This document shows positions 1-9,913 of a stretch of DNA of 64,000 bases, one piece after another. The first letter of the stretch is position 1. Every line of letters starts with the position of its first letter. The DNA lies in NCBI GenBank assembly GCA_044866005.1, contig JBIOTN010000067.1, forward strand, positions 4,899 through 68,898, written 5' to 3'. The translations under genes were made by a program, and so were the position numbers. Below the pieces are notes generated by a model. It was not told the DNA's origin. It worked only from the letters and a program-made list of their open reading frames with translations, and ran no database searches. The DNA comes from Candidatus Rokuibacteriota bacterium (GTDB taxonomy: Bacteria; Methylomirabilota; Methylomirabilia; Rokubacteriales; DASRDR01).

Positions 1-160
1 CATCCTCGACGTACAACCGCGTACGCCTGCGGTGGGCGCGGCCCTGCGTCCTGGGGCTGCTCGCGTCTCGGCCCGGCGCGGCGACTAGCGCCGTGCCGCC
101 CCCCTCCGACGGCCCTCCCGCCGAAGCCGGGCCGGTCGCTGGTCGGCGAACGGCTCGGGC

Positions 161-889
161 TTGCCTCCTCCCCGTGCCGGGGCGCGCGCGGGTTGTGGCG
201 GGCGTGGCCAGGCGCCGCCGTTGAGGCGACGAGCGCGCATCGCGCTGAAGCTCGGGGTCTGGGCGATCTGCCTGACGCCGCTCCTGACCCTCGTCTACCA
301 GGTCTTCACCACCGACCTGGGCGCGAACCCGATCAGCTACGTCACGAACACGCTGGGGGACTGGACGTTCCGCCTGCTGCTCGCCAGCCTCGCGATGACG
401 CCGCTCCGCATCCTCTTCGGGCTCTCGTGGCCGGTGACGCTGCGGCGGCTGCTGGGACTGTTCGCCTTCTCGTACGCCTGCCTCCACTTCGCGGTCTGGC
501 TCGTGGTCGATCACTTCTTCGACTGGCCGGAGATGGCGACCGACATCGTCAAGCGCCCCTACATCACTGCCGGCATGGGGGCGCTCCTCATGCTGATCCC
601 GCTGGCCATCACCTCGACCGGCGGCATGGTCAAGCGGCTCGGCGGCGCGGCCTGGCGACGACTCCACCGGCTCGTCTACCTCGCCGGGATCCTGGCCGCG
701 CTCCACTTCCTGTGGCTCGCGAAGGTCGGGCGGGTGGAGCCCTACGTCTACGGGGCCATCCTGACCCTCCTGCTCGGGATCCGCCTCTGGGATGCGGCCC
801 GGCGCTCGGCCCGCGCCCGTCGCCGCCGGGCGGCGGCCGGTCAGGCCGTGTCGGGCGGCCGTCCCTCGGCGCCCGCGGCCAGGATCTGA
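161..889 (+). CDS. msrQ: MsrQ/YedZ-family heme-binding membrane subunit of methionine-sulfoxide reductase. The true start is probably near 239.
   Basis: Translation matches the YedZ ferric-reductase-like membrane domain (conserved His in TM helices, about 200 aa core). The N-terminal 25 aa of the ORF are Arg/Gly-rich junk. Confidence 0.6.
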   Translation: MPPPRAGARAGCGGRGQAPPLRRRARIALKLGVWAICLTPLLTLVYQVFTTDLGANPISYVTNTLGDWTFRLLLASLAMTPLRILFGLSWPVTLRRLLGLFAFSYACLHFAVWLVVDHFFDWPEMATDIVKRPYITAGMGALLMLIPLAITSTGGMVKRLGGAAWRRLHRLVYLAGILAALHFLWLAKVGRVEPYVYGAILTLLLGIRLWDAARRSARARRRRAAAGQAVSGGRPSAPAARI

Positions 890-1029
890 GCAGCCGGACC
901 GGCCAGGCGGAGAGGATTTGACCAGCTTCCCGGGGATCGACCGAGCCGCCTGCGTGTAACCCCGCGCCGCCTCGACCCCGGCCCGGACCGCCCGCCGTGG
1001 CACGGTCTGTGCTCGTCTCGCCCCCGCGT

Positions 1030-1401
1030 ATGCCGGAGACGCCTCGCTATCTCGTGATCGTGCGCCGGGGCGAGAAAACGCTCTTCGAGGCATTGCAGGC
1101 GCAATTCGGCCAGGGCGCCGCCGAGGTGATCTGGGACCGCCGGATCCGCGACCGGCGCGTGATCATCCAGGACGTCGAGGCGAGCACCGAGCGCCGCCGC
1201 GGCGAGCGGCGCGCTCCGCTCGACGCGACCATGTGGAACGACCGTGGCTTCATCGTGGCGCGCGCGGGCGCGTTGCGTAATGGTGGCGCAGGTGCGGGTC
1301 CGGGGCGCTGGGCGACGGCCTGGTCTCGCGTCGCGGGGGTGCCCGTCCGCGGGCACACGACGGGCCGACCCGCGACGGGCCGACCCGAGCTTCCTCTCTG
1401 A
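1030..1401 (+). CDS. Hypothetical small protein (PRYLVIV...DRRxRDRR motif)
   Basis: ORF 997-1401; an ATG at 1030 begins directly at a conserved-looking core. No recognised domain. Confidence 0.35.
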   Translation: MPETPRYLVIVRRGEKTLFEALQAQFGQGAAEVIWDRRIRDRRVIIQDVEASTERRRGERRAPLDATMWNDRGFIVARAGALRNGGAGAGPGRWATAWSRVAGVPVRGHTTGRPATGRPELPL

Positions 1402-1454
1402 GCCGCCGCGCCCTCGCCGCTGCCGGCTCACGCCTCCGAGCCCCGACGCCGGCG

Positions 1455-2048
1455 TCAGGATAGCTCGCGCCAGCAGCAGAGCTCGATCCGGGTGACGGGG
1501 TGGACCTCCCAGGGGGTCGAGCGGCCGCCGTCGCCGTTGTGCGGCGAGTCGTAGAGAAGCCAGCCGGTGACGCGAATCTCCGTCTCGCTCCCGCAGAGCG
1601 CGCGAAGCGCGTCCAGGGTATACGCGGGCTTGCGGGCCCGGATGCCCGGGGTCAGCTCGGTGATCAGCTGATCGGTCGTGTCCTGGCCGAGGCAGCGGCC
1701 GATGGCCGTCTCGGTGATCTGGACGTGATAGTCACCGTCGTCCTTGGGGAGGATCCGGGCCACGAAGCCCCTGACCTGGACGCCCCGGGCCTCCAGCCCG
1801 GCGATCTGCGCGAGATCGCCGCGTGAGTAGGCCCGCGGAATGGTCGGCAGGGCGATGATCTCGGACGCGCCCATCGGGACGACGCGGGGCGGGTCCTGGG
1901 TGCGATCCTTCTGCGACTGCAGATGCTCGGCTCGCTCCGCCGCCGGCACCGCGTCCGGCCCGGTGGGGCTCGAGCCGTGACCGCAGGCGGAGGCGGCGAG
2001 CGACAGGGCGGCGGAGACGGCGCACCCGGCGAGCCGCCGCGCGATCAA
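1455..2048 (-). CDS. Hypothetical lipoprotein
   Basis: The TTG start at 2048 overlaps the TGA stop of the upstream gene (TTGA overlap). Lipobox-like LAASAC signal, 197 aa. Confidence 0.55.
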   Translation of the reverse strand: MIARRLAGCAVSAALSLAASACGHGSSPTGPDAVPAAERAEHLQSQKDRTQDPPRVVPMGASEIIALPTIPRAYSRGDLAQIAGLEARGVQVRGFVARILPKDDGDYHVQITETAIGRCLGQDTTDQLITELTPGIRARKPAYTLDALRALCGSETEIRVTGWLLYDSPHNGDGGRSTPWEVHPVTRIELCCWRELS

Positions 2049-3604
2049 CGGTCGGCCGCCGGCGAGGCCAGATCCTGGAGGATCGCGTGCGCCGCGTTGT
2101 GTCCGGGGGCGCCGGTCACCTCGCCGCCGGGGTGCGTGCCGGCGCCGCAGAGGTAGAGTCCTGGCAACGGTGTCCCGTAGCGCGCCCAGCCGGGGAGCGG
2201 GCGCCGGGCGAAGAGCTGTCCCGGCACGATGTCGAGGTGGCGGATGTTCCCGTCGGTGAGCCCGACGCGGGCTTCGAGGTCCGCGGGCGTGAAGAGCCTC
2301 CAGTCCACCAGCGCCCGCCGGAAGTTCGGCGCATAGGCGGTGAGGACGTCGATGAGGTGCTCGCCGACCCCCCGCCGCGCCGTCTCCCACGACCCCGCGG
2401 CGAGCCGCACCGGCGCCCAGAGCGCCCAGACGGACACGACGTGATGGCCGGGCGGGGCGAGCGTGGGATCGTAGACGGAGGGGATCTGCACCTCCATGAG
2501 CGGCGTCCGCGCGGGCCGGCCGGCCTGAGCGTCCTGCCAGGCCCCCAGGAAGGCCTCCACCGAGGGGCAGATCTTCACCTGGGCGAGGCAGCGCGGGTCG
2601 AACGCCGGCCCCAGGTAGGCGGAGAAGTCGGGCAACTCGCGAAGCGCGGCGTGGAATTTCAGGTACGCGGCGCGCGTGCCCAGGCCCGCCACCCGCGCGC
2701 GGAAGTCGGCGGGGAGGGCGTCGGGGGGGACCAGGCGGAGGAAGGTGCGCTTGGGGTCCGCGTTCGAGACGGTGAGCGCGGCGTCCACGGTCTCGCCGTC
2801 GGCGAGGATCACGCCCGCGGCGCGCCCCGCCTCCACGCGGACCCGTGCGACGGGTGCGCCGGTCCGGATCTCGACCCCGGCCTCGCGGGCGGCGCGCGCC
2901 ATCGCCTGCGTGATCGCGCCCATGCCGCCCTTGACGATGCCGACGGTCCCGGGCGCCGAGCGGAGGTTCACCTTGATGTACGCGTAGCAGAGGGCACTGC
3001 CCGGCGCTCGCGGGTCGCCGATGTCCTGCGCGTTGAGCGCGTGGGCCCGCATCCAGGGAGACTCGAAGTGCTCGTGGGCGAGGTCCCACATCGGCCGCGT
3101 GAGGAGGGTTTCCCAGACCGCTTCGTCCTCGCTGCCGCGGACGCGGGCGGCGATCTCGGCATAGGTCGGCGCGGGCGCGAGAAAGTAGGGATGGAGGAGT
3201 CGCGCGGCCTGCTCCCAGAACTCCATCCAGCGGAGATAGGCGGCCGCGTCGTGCGCGGAGTACGGCTCGATCCCCGCGGCGGTCCGGGCGTGGTCGTCCC
3301 ACACGAAGAGCGCGCGCCCGTCGGGGAAGGGATGGAACCGCGCCGGCTCGAGCGGGTAAACTTCGAACCCGTGCCGGCCGAGCTCGAGGTCGACGATGAC
3401 CTTCTCCTGCAGGAGATGGCAGATGTAGGAGCAGGACGACAGCCGATAGCCGGGGAAGAGCTCCTCGGTGACGCACGCGCCGCCGACGAGCTCCCGGCGC
3501 TCGAGGACGAGCACCCGGAGCCCGCCGCGGGCCAGGTAGGTGGCGGCGACCAGGCCGTTGTGGCCGGCACCGATCACGATCGCGTCATAACGCTCGGCCA
3601 TCAC
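2045..3604 (-). CDS. Phytoene-desaturase (CrtI)-family FAD/NAD(P)-dependent oxidoreductase
   Basis: N-terminal YDAIVIGAGHNGL dinucleotide-binding motif. Full-length 519 aa amine-oxidase/CrtI-like fold. Confidence 0.85.
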   Translation of the reverse strand: MMAERYDAIVIGAGHNGLVAATYLARGGLRVLVLERRELVGGACVTEELFPGYRLSSCSYICHLLQEKVIVDLELGRHGFEVYPLEPARFHPFPDGRALFVWDDHARTAAGIEPYSAHDAAAYLRWMEFWEQAARLLHPYFLAPAPTYAEIAARVRGSEDEAVWETLLTRPMWDLAHEHFESPWMRAHALNAQDIGDPRAPGSALCYAYIKVNLRSAPGTVGIVKGGMGAITQAMARAAREAGVEIRTGAPVARVRVEAGRAAGVILADGETVDAALTVSNADPKRTFLRLVPPDALPADFRARVAGLGTRAAYLKFHAALRELPDFSAYLGPAFDPRCLAQVKICPSVEAFLGAWQDAQAGRPARTPLMEVQIPSVYDPTLAPPGHHVVSVWALWAPVRLAAGSWETARRGVGEHLIDVLTAYAPNFRRALVDWRLFTPADLEARVGLTDGNIRHLDIVPGQLFARRPLPGWARYGTPLPGLYLCGAGTHPGGEVTGAPGHNAAHAILQDLASPAADR

Positions 3605-3781
3605 GCCTGCTCCCCGGCGTCCCGCCGCATGGTCGCGCCGGCGGCCGGCCCTGTCAACCGCCAGCTCCTCGGAGTTGGCCGCCGTGCGTAACTGCCCGCC
3701 GGGTCGAGGCCTCTGCCTCTCTCAAACGGGAGGACCGGAATCCTTGTCCCGCGGCGGCCGTTGCGCTATATAGAGGGAGCC

Positions 3782-4243
3782 GTGACGAAGCCGAGCTTCT
3801 CGGGGTTCCAATCCGTCATCGGGCTGCTGGCCGGGCTCATCTCGATCCTGGGCGGCACCTACTCGGCCGTGCAGCTCTTCGCCAGGCCGGCGCCGAGCTT
3901 CGGCGAGGTGGTGGCCATCGTGCGGGAGGCCCGGACCGAGAAACCGGTGCCCGACGCCACGGTCGAGATCTTCACCACGCAGGACGCGCTCGTCACGACC
4001 GTCACCGCGTACAGCGGCCGCGTCCGGCAACCGCTGAAAGAAGGCGCCTACCGCCTGCGGGTGAGCCACCCCAAGTTCGGACCCGACACGCGGCAGGTCC
4101 AGGTGGTCTCCGGTCAGACGGCGGAGGTGCGCTTCCAGCTGAGCCAGTCCCGCCTGGGGTCCTCGCCGGTCGGCACGGCCACGCGCGCGGTCAGCGAGGG
4201 CGTCGGCGCCGTCAAGCAGTTCATCCGCGGCCTGGGTCTATGA
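3782..4243 (+). CDS. Membrane-anchored hypothetical protein with a carboxypeptidase-regulatory-like beta-sandwich domain
   Basis: GTG start 7 nt after a GAGGGAG RBS; single N-terminal TM segment; motif AYRLRVSHPKFGP...VVSGQTAEVRFQL. Confidence 0.5.
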   Translation: MTKPSFSGFQSVIGLLAGLISILGGTYSAVQLFARPAPSFGEVVAIVREARTEKPVPDATVEIFTTQDALVTTVTAYSGRVRQPLKEGAYRLRVSHPKFGPDTRQVQVVSGQTAEVRFQLSQSRLGSSPVGTATRAVSEGVGAVKQFIRGLGL

Positions 4244-4244
4244 C

Positions 4245-4284
4245 GCTTCGGAGGGGGCCTCGACGGCCCCCTCCGATTCCTCCC
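4245..4284 (+). terminator. Stem-loop immediately after the stop of the 3782-4243 gene
   Basis: Perfect 10-bp GC stem GGAGGGGGCC/GGCCCCCTCC with a 4-5 nt loop; no clear U-tract. Confidence 0.35.
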
Positions 4285-4536
4285 CCCGGGAAGGTTGCGC
4301 CGGCAAAAGCCGGCGCTCGGGCGCTTCGGCCGCCGGGCCCGAACTCGCGAGCGGTCAGCGGCCCCTGCACGGCTCGTCGACTCCGGCCGGGATATACTGA
4401 GGGTGGTCTGCCGGTGCTGCGCCCGCCCGGGCGCCTCGATCTGGCCTCGCCTCCGACGGCTCTTCCGCGGCTCCGGGGCGTGATCCAAAGTTGCGGAAGG
4501 GCGCCCCCCTCCTCGGGGTCGAAAACGGAGGCCCTC

Positions 4537-4881
4537 ATGGCATCCAAGCTCTACGTCGGCGGTCTCGCCTACTCCACCACGTCGGAAAGCCTGCGCGAGT
4601 ACTTCGCGCAGTGCGGGACCGTGGAGTCCGCGACGGTGATCACCGACCGCTACTCCGGCCAGTCCCGTGGCTTCGGCTTCGTGGAGATGGCCACGGAGGC
4701 CGACGCGCAGGCGGCGATCTCCAAGCTCAACGGGCAGTCCTTCGAAGGACGCCGCCTCACGGTGAGCGTCGCGAATTCCGCCGGGGCCGGGCGGCCGGGA
4801 GGCGGCGCCCGAGGCGGCGCCGGGTCGCGGCCAGGCGGCGGCGGCTTCGGCGGAGGGCCGCAGCGCACGCCCCGCTGGTGA
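4537..4881 (+). CDS. RRM-type RNA-binding protein with a Gly/Arg-rich tail
   Basis: RNP motifs LYVGGL and RGFGFVEM; GGAG RBS 7 nt upstream of the ATG. Confidence 0.85.
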   Translation: MASKLYVGGLAYSTTSESLREYFAQCGTVESATVITDRYSGQSRGFGFVEMATEADAQAAISKLNGQSFEGRRLTVSVANSAGAGRPGGGARGGAGSRPGGGGFGGGPQRTPRW

Positions 4882-4919
4882 GCCCCGGACCGTCAGGGGC
4901 GTCGTTTTCGGGGACGCGG

Positions 4920-6911
4920 TCACCAGGGACGGGCGGCCGCCTGGTCGACGATCCGCTGAACGTCCTCCGAGAGGAGATAGCCGCGCTGCTCCAGGGCCGC
5001 GGCCGCCTGGCGGACCCCACCCACGTAGTCGTCCCGGTCCCGGTACCGCTCGGCGAGCGCCGGCCGCGGATCCCCCTTCGCCTCGCGCTCGGCTCGCGTG
5101 CGCGCGAACGGAATGAAGGAGCCGTCCAGGTAGCAGAGCTCGCCCGCCCCGCCGGCGTCGGGGGCGCGCACCGCCCAGCCGGTCGCCGTCCCGACCGGCA
5201 CGGCGATGTCCGGGAGCCGGATGCCGGCGACTTCGTTTCCGTCTGCGTCGACCTTCGGCACCCGGACGCCGTACGCCTCGGCGCGCGGCTCGGGCAACAC
5301 CCGGCCGATGATCCCCCGCTCGTACTCCGCCCCGTAGTCGAGCGGCATGCGGCGACTCGGCCCGGAGGGAAGCGTCACATCCGGGAGTCGGGGGAAGCCG
5401 AGGCCGTCCATCCCGACCAGCGAGCCGTCCGCGATGCGTGGATGCAGGCTGGGCGGCGGTGCGCTGCCGTCCTTCACCCACCGGTCCAGGGCCAGCGCGA
5501 GCGCGCGGAGTGCGGGACGGAGATCGACGGGATTGTGCGGCAGGGCGCAGACGTCCTTCGGCATGGTCGGGAACCCGACGTGCTGCGTGCTGGCCACGAG
5601 GTAGAGCCGAACCGAGTCCGGCGGCGTCCCGTCCCGCTGGCCCAGCGGGTCGGTCGTCGCCAGCGAGCCGCCCGATTGCCAGTGTTCGGTCGAGCTGAGG
5701 GTGTGGATGACCTTCGGGCAGTTGCCGCGCGCCGCGCACCGCGCGAGCAGCCCGTCGACCTTTCCGGTCAGCGGGTCGGTCTGGGTCTCGTACGCGAAGG
5801 GGAAGCTCACGTCCGGGTAGAACATGAAGCCGTGGGCGATGTGGGTCATCCGGTTGGGTTGGGCGAACCGGTGGTTGAGGAACAGCCGCGCCCCGGCGAT
5901 GTGGGGATTGATCCCGTCGAAGACGATGCGGCCGCCCTCGTCTTCGTTGAAGCCGCGGTAGACGAAGTCACGCAGGTAGCGGCCGCTCTGCGAGGTCCCG
6001 TGGGCCAGCGCCCGCTGGATCGCCGGCGCCCCGGCCAGGGCCAGGGGGTTCGGCGCCCCCGCGTCGTCGGACGCCGCCCGACGCAGGAAGGAGACGAGGT
6101 CGCGCGTGGCGGCGAATCCGATGCCGGACACCGGCGGGTCGGCGGCGCGGTAGACGAGCTGGTAGATGGCGCCGATGCGGAACGGGGTGCCGGCGGGCAG
6201 CAGCCGAATCGACTGGGCATCCACGAATTCCCACTGGCTCGGCGCCAGGACGGTGGGGGACGCGGCGTTGCGGTCCCGCACGAGGAGGGTCGCCCGGGCG
6301 GGGTCGGTGCTCGTCGCCCGGAACGTCAGTCGGGCCTGCGTCTCGGTCCGGGTGTTGAAGAGGAACTCGTCCCACACGGTTTCCTCGACGCGCCCGGGCC
6401 CGGCGGTGGCCGCCGGTACGTCGAGCCGGAGGTTGTCGTTCGTCGCCGGCAGGCCCGGGATCCACCCGCTCCACACCACCGTGAAGCCGTGGCGCATCAG
6501 GAAACCGTTCCCCGCATGATCGGCGGTCGTCGGGTCGTTGACGCGCGGCGCGCTGTTGAGCTGTTGGAGGATGATCTTGTTGCCCCGGTTGTTCACGTCG
6601 TAGAAGAGCGCGCCGTTCCCGCGCGCGAGGTCCATCGGCTTGAGGATGTAGAAGTCGGCGGCGTACGCGACCCGTCCGCTCGCGTTCCGGGGCGCGCGGT
6701 CCAGGTCCACGATGTCGCGGTTCAGCGCGTGCGCCGGGTCCAGCTCGCCATGGAAGCGGCCGACGACCTTCTCGTAGGCGCCGGCCGCGCCGAAGACCTG
6801 GCCGGCCGCGAACGGCTCGCGCCGCGTGACCTCGAGTCGGGTCACGCGCGCGTCGGCCTCCATCGCGGCGAGGAGCGTCAGGGCGCAGGCCAGTATCGTG
6901 ATCCGTCTCAC
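4920..6911 (-). CDS. Secreted 663-aa protein of unknown function (possibly the alpha/beta-hydrolase-domain family)
   Basis: Signal peptide; long uninterrupted ORF; first gene downstream of the MBL hydrolase on the same strand. Confidence 0.65.
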   Translation of the reverse strand: MRRITILACALTLLAAMEADARVTRLEVTRREPFAAGQVFGAAGAYEKVVGRFHGELDPAHALNRDIVDLDRAPRNASGRVAYAADFYILKPMDLARGNGALFYDVNNRGNKIILQQLNSAPRVNDPTTADHAGNGFLMRHGFTVVWSGWIPGLPATNDNLRLDVPAATAGPGRVEETVWDEFLFNTRTETQARLTFRATSTDPARATLLVRDRNAASPTVLAPSQWEFVDAQSIRLLPAGTPFRIGAIYQLVYRAADPPVSGIGFAATRDLVSFLRRAASDDAGAPNPLALAGAPAIQRALAHGTSQSGRYLRDFVYRGFNEDEGGRIVFDGINPHIAGARLFLNHRFAQPNRMTHIAHGFMFYPDVSFPFAYETQTDPLTGKVDGLLARCAARGNCPKVIHTLSSTEHWQSGGSLATTDPLGQRDGTPPDSVRLYLVASTQHVGFPTMPKDVCALPHNPVDLRPALRALALALDRWVKDGSAPPPSLHPRIADGSLVGMDGLGFPRLPDVTLPSGPSRRMPLDYGAEYERGIIGRVLPEPRAEAYGVRVPKVDADGNEVAGIRLPDIAVPVGTATGWAVRAPDAGGAGELCYLDGSFIPFARTRAEREAKGDPRPALAERYRDRDDYVGGVRQAAAALEQRGYLLSEDVQRIVDQAAARPW

Positions 6912-6965
6912 GGTCCACCTCCCACTGCCTCGCGCGCCGCTGACTTCGTCGCGAGGACCGCCGTC

Positions 6966-8075
6966 TCAGGCCCCGAAGATGACGCGGGTCCCCGTCGACG
7001 GCATGACGAGCTTCGCCGGCATCTCCCGGTGCACGGCGATGATGGTGTTCAGGCCGGTGCAGTGCATGGGGATGATGTAGTCGGGGTTGATGGCCTTGAA
7101 CGCCGCGACGGTCTTGGCGACGATCTCGTCGGGCGCGGGCGCCAGGTGGAAGCCGCCGACCACGGCGTGGACCTTCTCGAGGCCGGTGACCTTCTGGACG
7201 TGGCGGACCGAGTTGATGACGCCGGCGTGGCCGCAGGACGTGATGACGACGAGGCCGCGGTCCTTCACGTGGTACGCGGTGGCGTGCTCGCCCTGAAAGG
7301 TGTCGGGAACCAGCTCGCCGGGCTTGGCCTCGACCTTCGTGGCGCCGAAATGGGTCGCCGAGCAGGCGCCGTCCATCGGCCCCGCGACGAGGCGAGCGGT
7401 GGCGGGGGGCTTCTCGAACTCCGAGATCCTCGGGATCTGCCCCGAGGTGATGGCGTGACCGGCCACGACCATCGGCTGCTTGGCCAGAACGACCTTGAGG
7501 CCGCGCGCCTCGAGCCCCTCGCGGTCGAGCTGCCCCTGGTCCACTGCCGTGCCGGCCGGCGTGACCACCGTGCGGTGGCAGAAGGTGTCCTCGCCACCCG
7601 CGTACAGGGTCAACCCCGGTTTCCACTTGCCTTGCGCCACGAGAGCGATATCGGGCAGCGCGCCGTAGTGGTCGAGGTGGCCGTGACTCAGGATGAGCGC
7701 GTCGGCATTCACGGGCTCCACCTTGAGTACCGCATAGTTGTGCGTGAGGGTCGGCATCCGGTACGCGAAGTCGAGCAGGACCTCGCGCCGCTCGGCGCCG
7801 CGGATCGATTCGAGATGGTAGGCGAGACCGTGCTCGGCCAGGAGCGGACGGCCACCCGGGGGAGGCGTGCGCTGGACGGTGATCGTGTCGAGCTTGCCGC
7901 CCCTGGCGAAGATGTCGTAGATGTTGTCCACGACGTTGGTCATGACGAGGCGGTCCACGATCGGCACGGCGCTCGTCTGCGCGACCGCGACCCCGCCGCG
8001 CCAGCGGCTGACGCCGCCGAGCGCGAGCGTCCCGCCGGCGACCGCGCCGAGCCTGAGGAGTTCCCGTCGAGTCAT
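6966..8075 (-). CDS. MBL-fold metallo-hydrolase with a Tat signal
   Basis: RRELLRLGA twin-arginine motif; SHGHLDHYG metallo-beta-lactamase motif. Confidence 0.8.
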   Translation of the reverse strand: MTRRELLRLGAVAGGTLALGGVSRWRGGVAVAQTSAVPIVDRLVMTNVVDNIYDIFARGGKLDTITVQRTPPPGGRPLLAEHGLAYHLESIRGAERREVLLDFAYRMPTLTHNYAVLKVEPVNADALILSHGHLDHYGALPDIALVAQGKWKPGLTLYAGGEDTFCHRTVVTPAGTAVDQGQLDREGLEARGLKVVLAKQPMVVAGHAITSGQIPRISEFEKPPATARLVAGPMDGACSATHFGATKVEAKPGELVPDTFQGEHATAYHVKDRGLVVITSCGHAGVINSVRHVQKVTGLEKVHAVVGGFHLAPAPDEIVAKTVAAFKAINPDYIIPMHCTGLNTIIAVHREMPAKLVMPSTGTRVIFGA

Positions 8076-8096
8076 GGTCTTTCCTCCTTGCACGCG

Positions 8097-9674
8097 CTAG
8101 TTCGACCCCAGGAACGCCTTCGCCTCGCGGAGCGCCGGCCGCTCGGTGTCGGCCGCGCTCGCCAGGGCCGTGAGCTTCTCGTAGAACGCGCGGGCCGCTG
8201 TCCGGTCGCCGGCCAGCTCGGCGGCCTTCGCGGCGCCGGCCAGCGCGCCGAAGCGCTGAGGCGAGGCCCGGAGGGCGCTCTCGAACTCGCGGAGCGCCTG
8301 TGCCGGCTCGCCCTGCTCCAGGAGGAGCTCGCCGAGCAGCTCGCGCGCGGGGACGATGGGCCCCGGCGTGACCGGGTGCTTCTCCGTCGAGTCCTCGAGG
8401 TCGGCCGCGGCACGCATGAGCCGGCGCGCCTCGTCGTTCTTCCCCTCCGCGCGCGCGACCCACGCGACGGCCGCGAGGCGCTGGATCTCCACCTGCTCCG
8501 CCCAGTACGTCTGCTTGGCCTGCGTGAGGCCGTCGCGCAGCGACCCGAGCCGTTCCGCCGCGGCGCGGGCGCCCGGCAGGTCGCCCCCGCGCGCGGCGCC
8601 GAGCGCGCGCGCGAAGTGCGTGAGCGCCTCGGCGTAGGTGTAGCGACTCGGGGCGGGCGCGAGCGAGGCGGCCTCGCGCCACTGCCGCCGCTCGAGCGCG
8701 TAACGGGCCGGGATGGCCGCTGCCGCATACGCGGTGGCGAAGGTTTCTTCCCGCTCGGAAACGCCGGCCCTGGAGACGTCGTCGACCAGGCGGGCCGCCG
8801 TCGCGTCCTGCGCCCGCTGGAGGTAGGCATAGGCCATGTAGTCGAGCGCGTGGAAGCGGCCCTGCCCGTCGCCGTGCTGCCGCGCGGCGGTCACGGAGTC
8901 GCGGTTCGTGTCGATCGTCTCCTGCCAGAGCCCGAGGCGGACGAAGATGTGCGAGGGCATGTGGAGGGCGTGAGGCGCCGAGGGCGCGATCCGGGCGTAG
9001 CGCCGCGCCGCGTCCAGGGCGCGCCCGCCGAGCGGCGGGTAATCGTAGCTGTGGATGATGTAGTGCGCGATCCCGGGGTGGTCGGGCTGCTCGGCGAAGA
9101 CCCGCTCCAGCATCTCGCCGGCCTTCCGCTGCTTCTCGTAGCCCTTGTCGGTCGGGAGCACGGTCGCGTTCAGCGCGAGCGCGTAGAAGATGGTCGCCTC
9201 CCGATCAGACGAATAGCGGCGCGCCAGCGCCTCCATCGCGCTCTCGTAGGCGAGCGCGCGCGTCCGGTGGTCCAGCCGGTCCGCGTCGCGGTAGAAGGCC
9301 TCGATGGCGGCGATGTAGTCGCGCTCGCGGTCGTTCGTGCCGCCGAGCGCCTTCGCTTTCTCGACCGCGGCGCGCCCCGCGGCGAGCGCCGCGGTCGACG
9401 GGGGCGCCCAGAGCGGGTACCAGTGACTCATGGCGACGCCCCAGTACGCCATGGCGCAGCCGGGATCCTGCTCTGCCACGCCGGTGAAGGCGCGGACGGC
9501 GTCGCGGTACTCGAAGGAGTGGAGGAGCGCGACGGCGCGGTCGAAGGGCTGCTGAACGGCGGGGGCGCACCCGATGGGGAAGTGGACGCGGCCGAGCGTC
9601 TCCTGGGCGGAGACCGCGGCGCCACCGGCCAGCAGCAGCGCGACGAGAACGGATCCGAGCGTTCGTGACCTCAT
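8097..9674 (-). CDS. Secreted TPR-like repeat protein
   Basis: Signal peptide; helical repeat composition; 525 aa; upstream of the MBL gene in the same orientation. Confidence 0.65.
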   Translation of the reverse strand: MRSRTLGSVLVALLLAGGAAVSAQETLGRVHFPIGCAPAVQQPFDRAVALLHSFEYRDAVRAFTGVAEQDPGCAMAYWGVAMSHWYPLWAPPSTAALAAGRAAVEKAKALGGTNDRERDYIAAIEAFYRDADRLDHRTRALAYESAMEALARRYSSDREATIFYALALNATVLPTDKGYEKQRKAGEMLERVFAEQPDHPGIAHYIIHSYDYPPLGGRALDAARRYARIAPSAPHALHMPSHIFVRLGLWQETIDTNRDSVTAARQHGDGQGRFHALDYMAYAYLQRAQDATAARLVDDVSRAGVSEREETFATAYAAAAIPARYALERRQWREAASLAPAPSRYTYAEALTHFARALGAARGGDLPGARAAAERLGSLRDGLTQAKQTYWAEQVEIQRLAAVAWVARAEGKNDEARRLMRAAADLEDSTEKHPVTPGPIVPARELLGELLLEQGEPAQALREFESALRASPQRFGALAGAAKAAELAGDRTAARAFYEKLTALASAADTERPALREAKAFLGSN

Positions 9675-9847
9675 GACGCACCTCCCGGTCGGCTCGAGGG
9701 CGGGAAGAGGGACGGGAACGACTCTAGGCCCCGCGGCTCCGGCGTGTCAAGCGGCTCGGGGGGAAGCACGGCTGACTCGCCACCGGCTCGGCGCGGGAAC
9801 CCGCCGGCGCCGTTTCTGCAACCCCTTCGCCCTTCCCCTGCGCCCTT

Positions 9848-9882
9848 GTTGACCCTGGCCGGCGCCGCGCCTAAGATGGGCC
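9848..9882 (+). promoter_or_regulatory. Candidate sigma70 promoter for the cyclase gene
   Basis: TTGACC, 17-nt spacer, TAAGAT, about 30 nt upstream of the ATG. Confidence 0.3.
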
Positions 9883-9913
9883 GACTTCGCGTTCCCGTCG
9901 CTGGAGCGCCGGC

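Noticed and set aside
4491-9668. 1725-aa plus-strand ORF
   Set aside because: It is antisense to three well-supported minus-strand genes, its sequence is Arg/Gly/Ala-rich with low complexity, and it has no domain. This is a typical high-GC artefact. The same applies to 9671-12106(-), 13657-15924(+), 20519-23191(+), 20907-22781(-), 26643-27773(-), 39816-40832(-) and 52231-53766(-).
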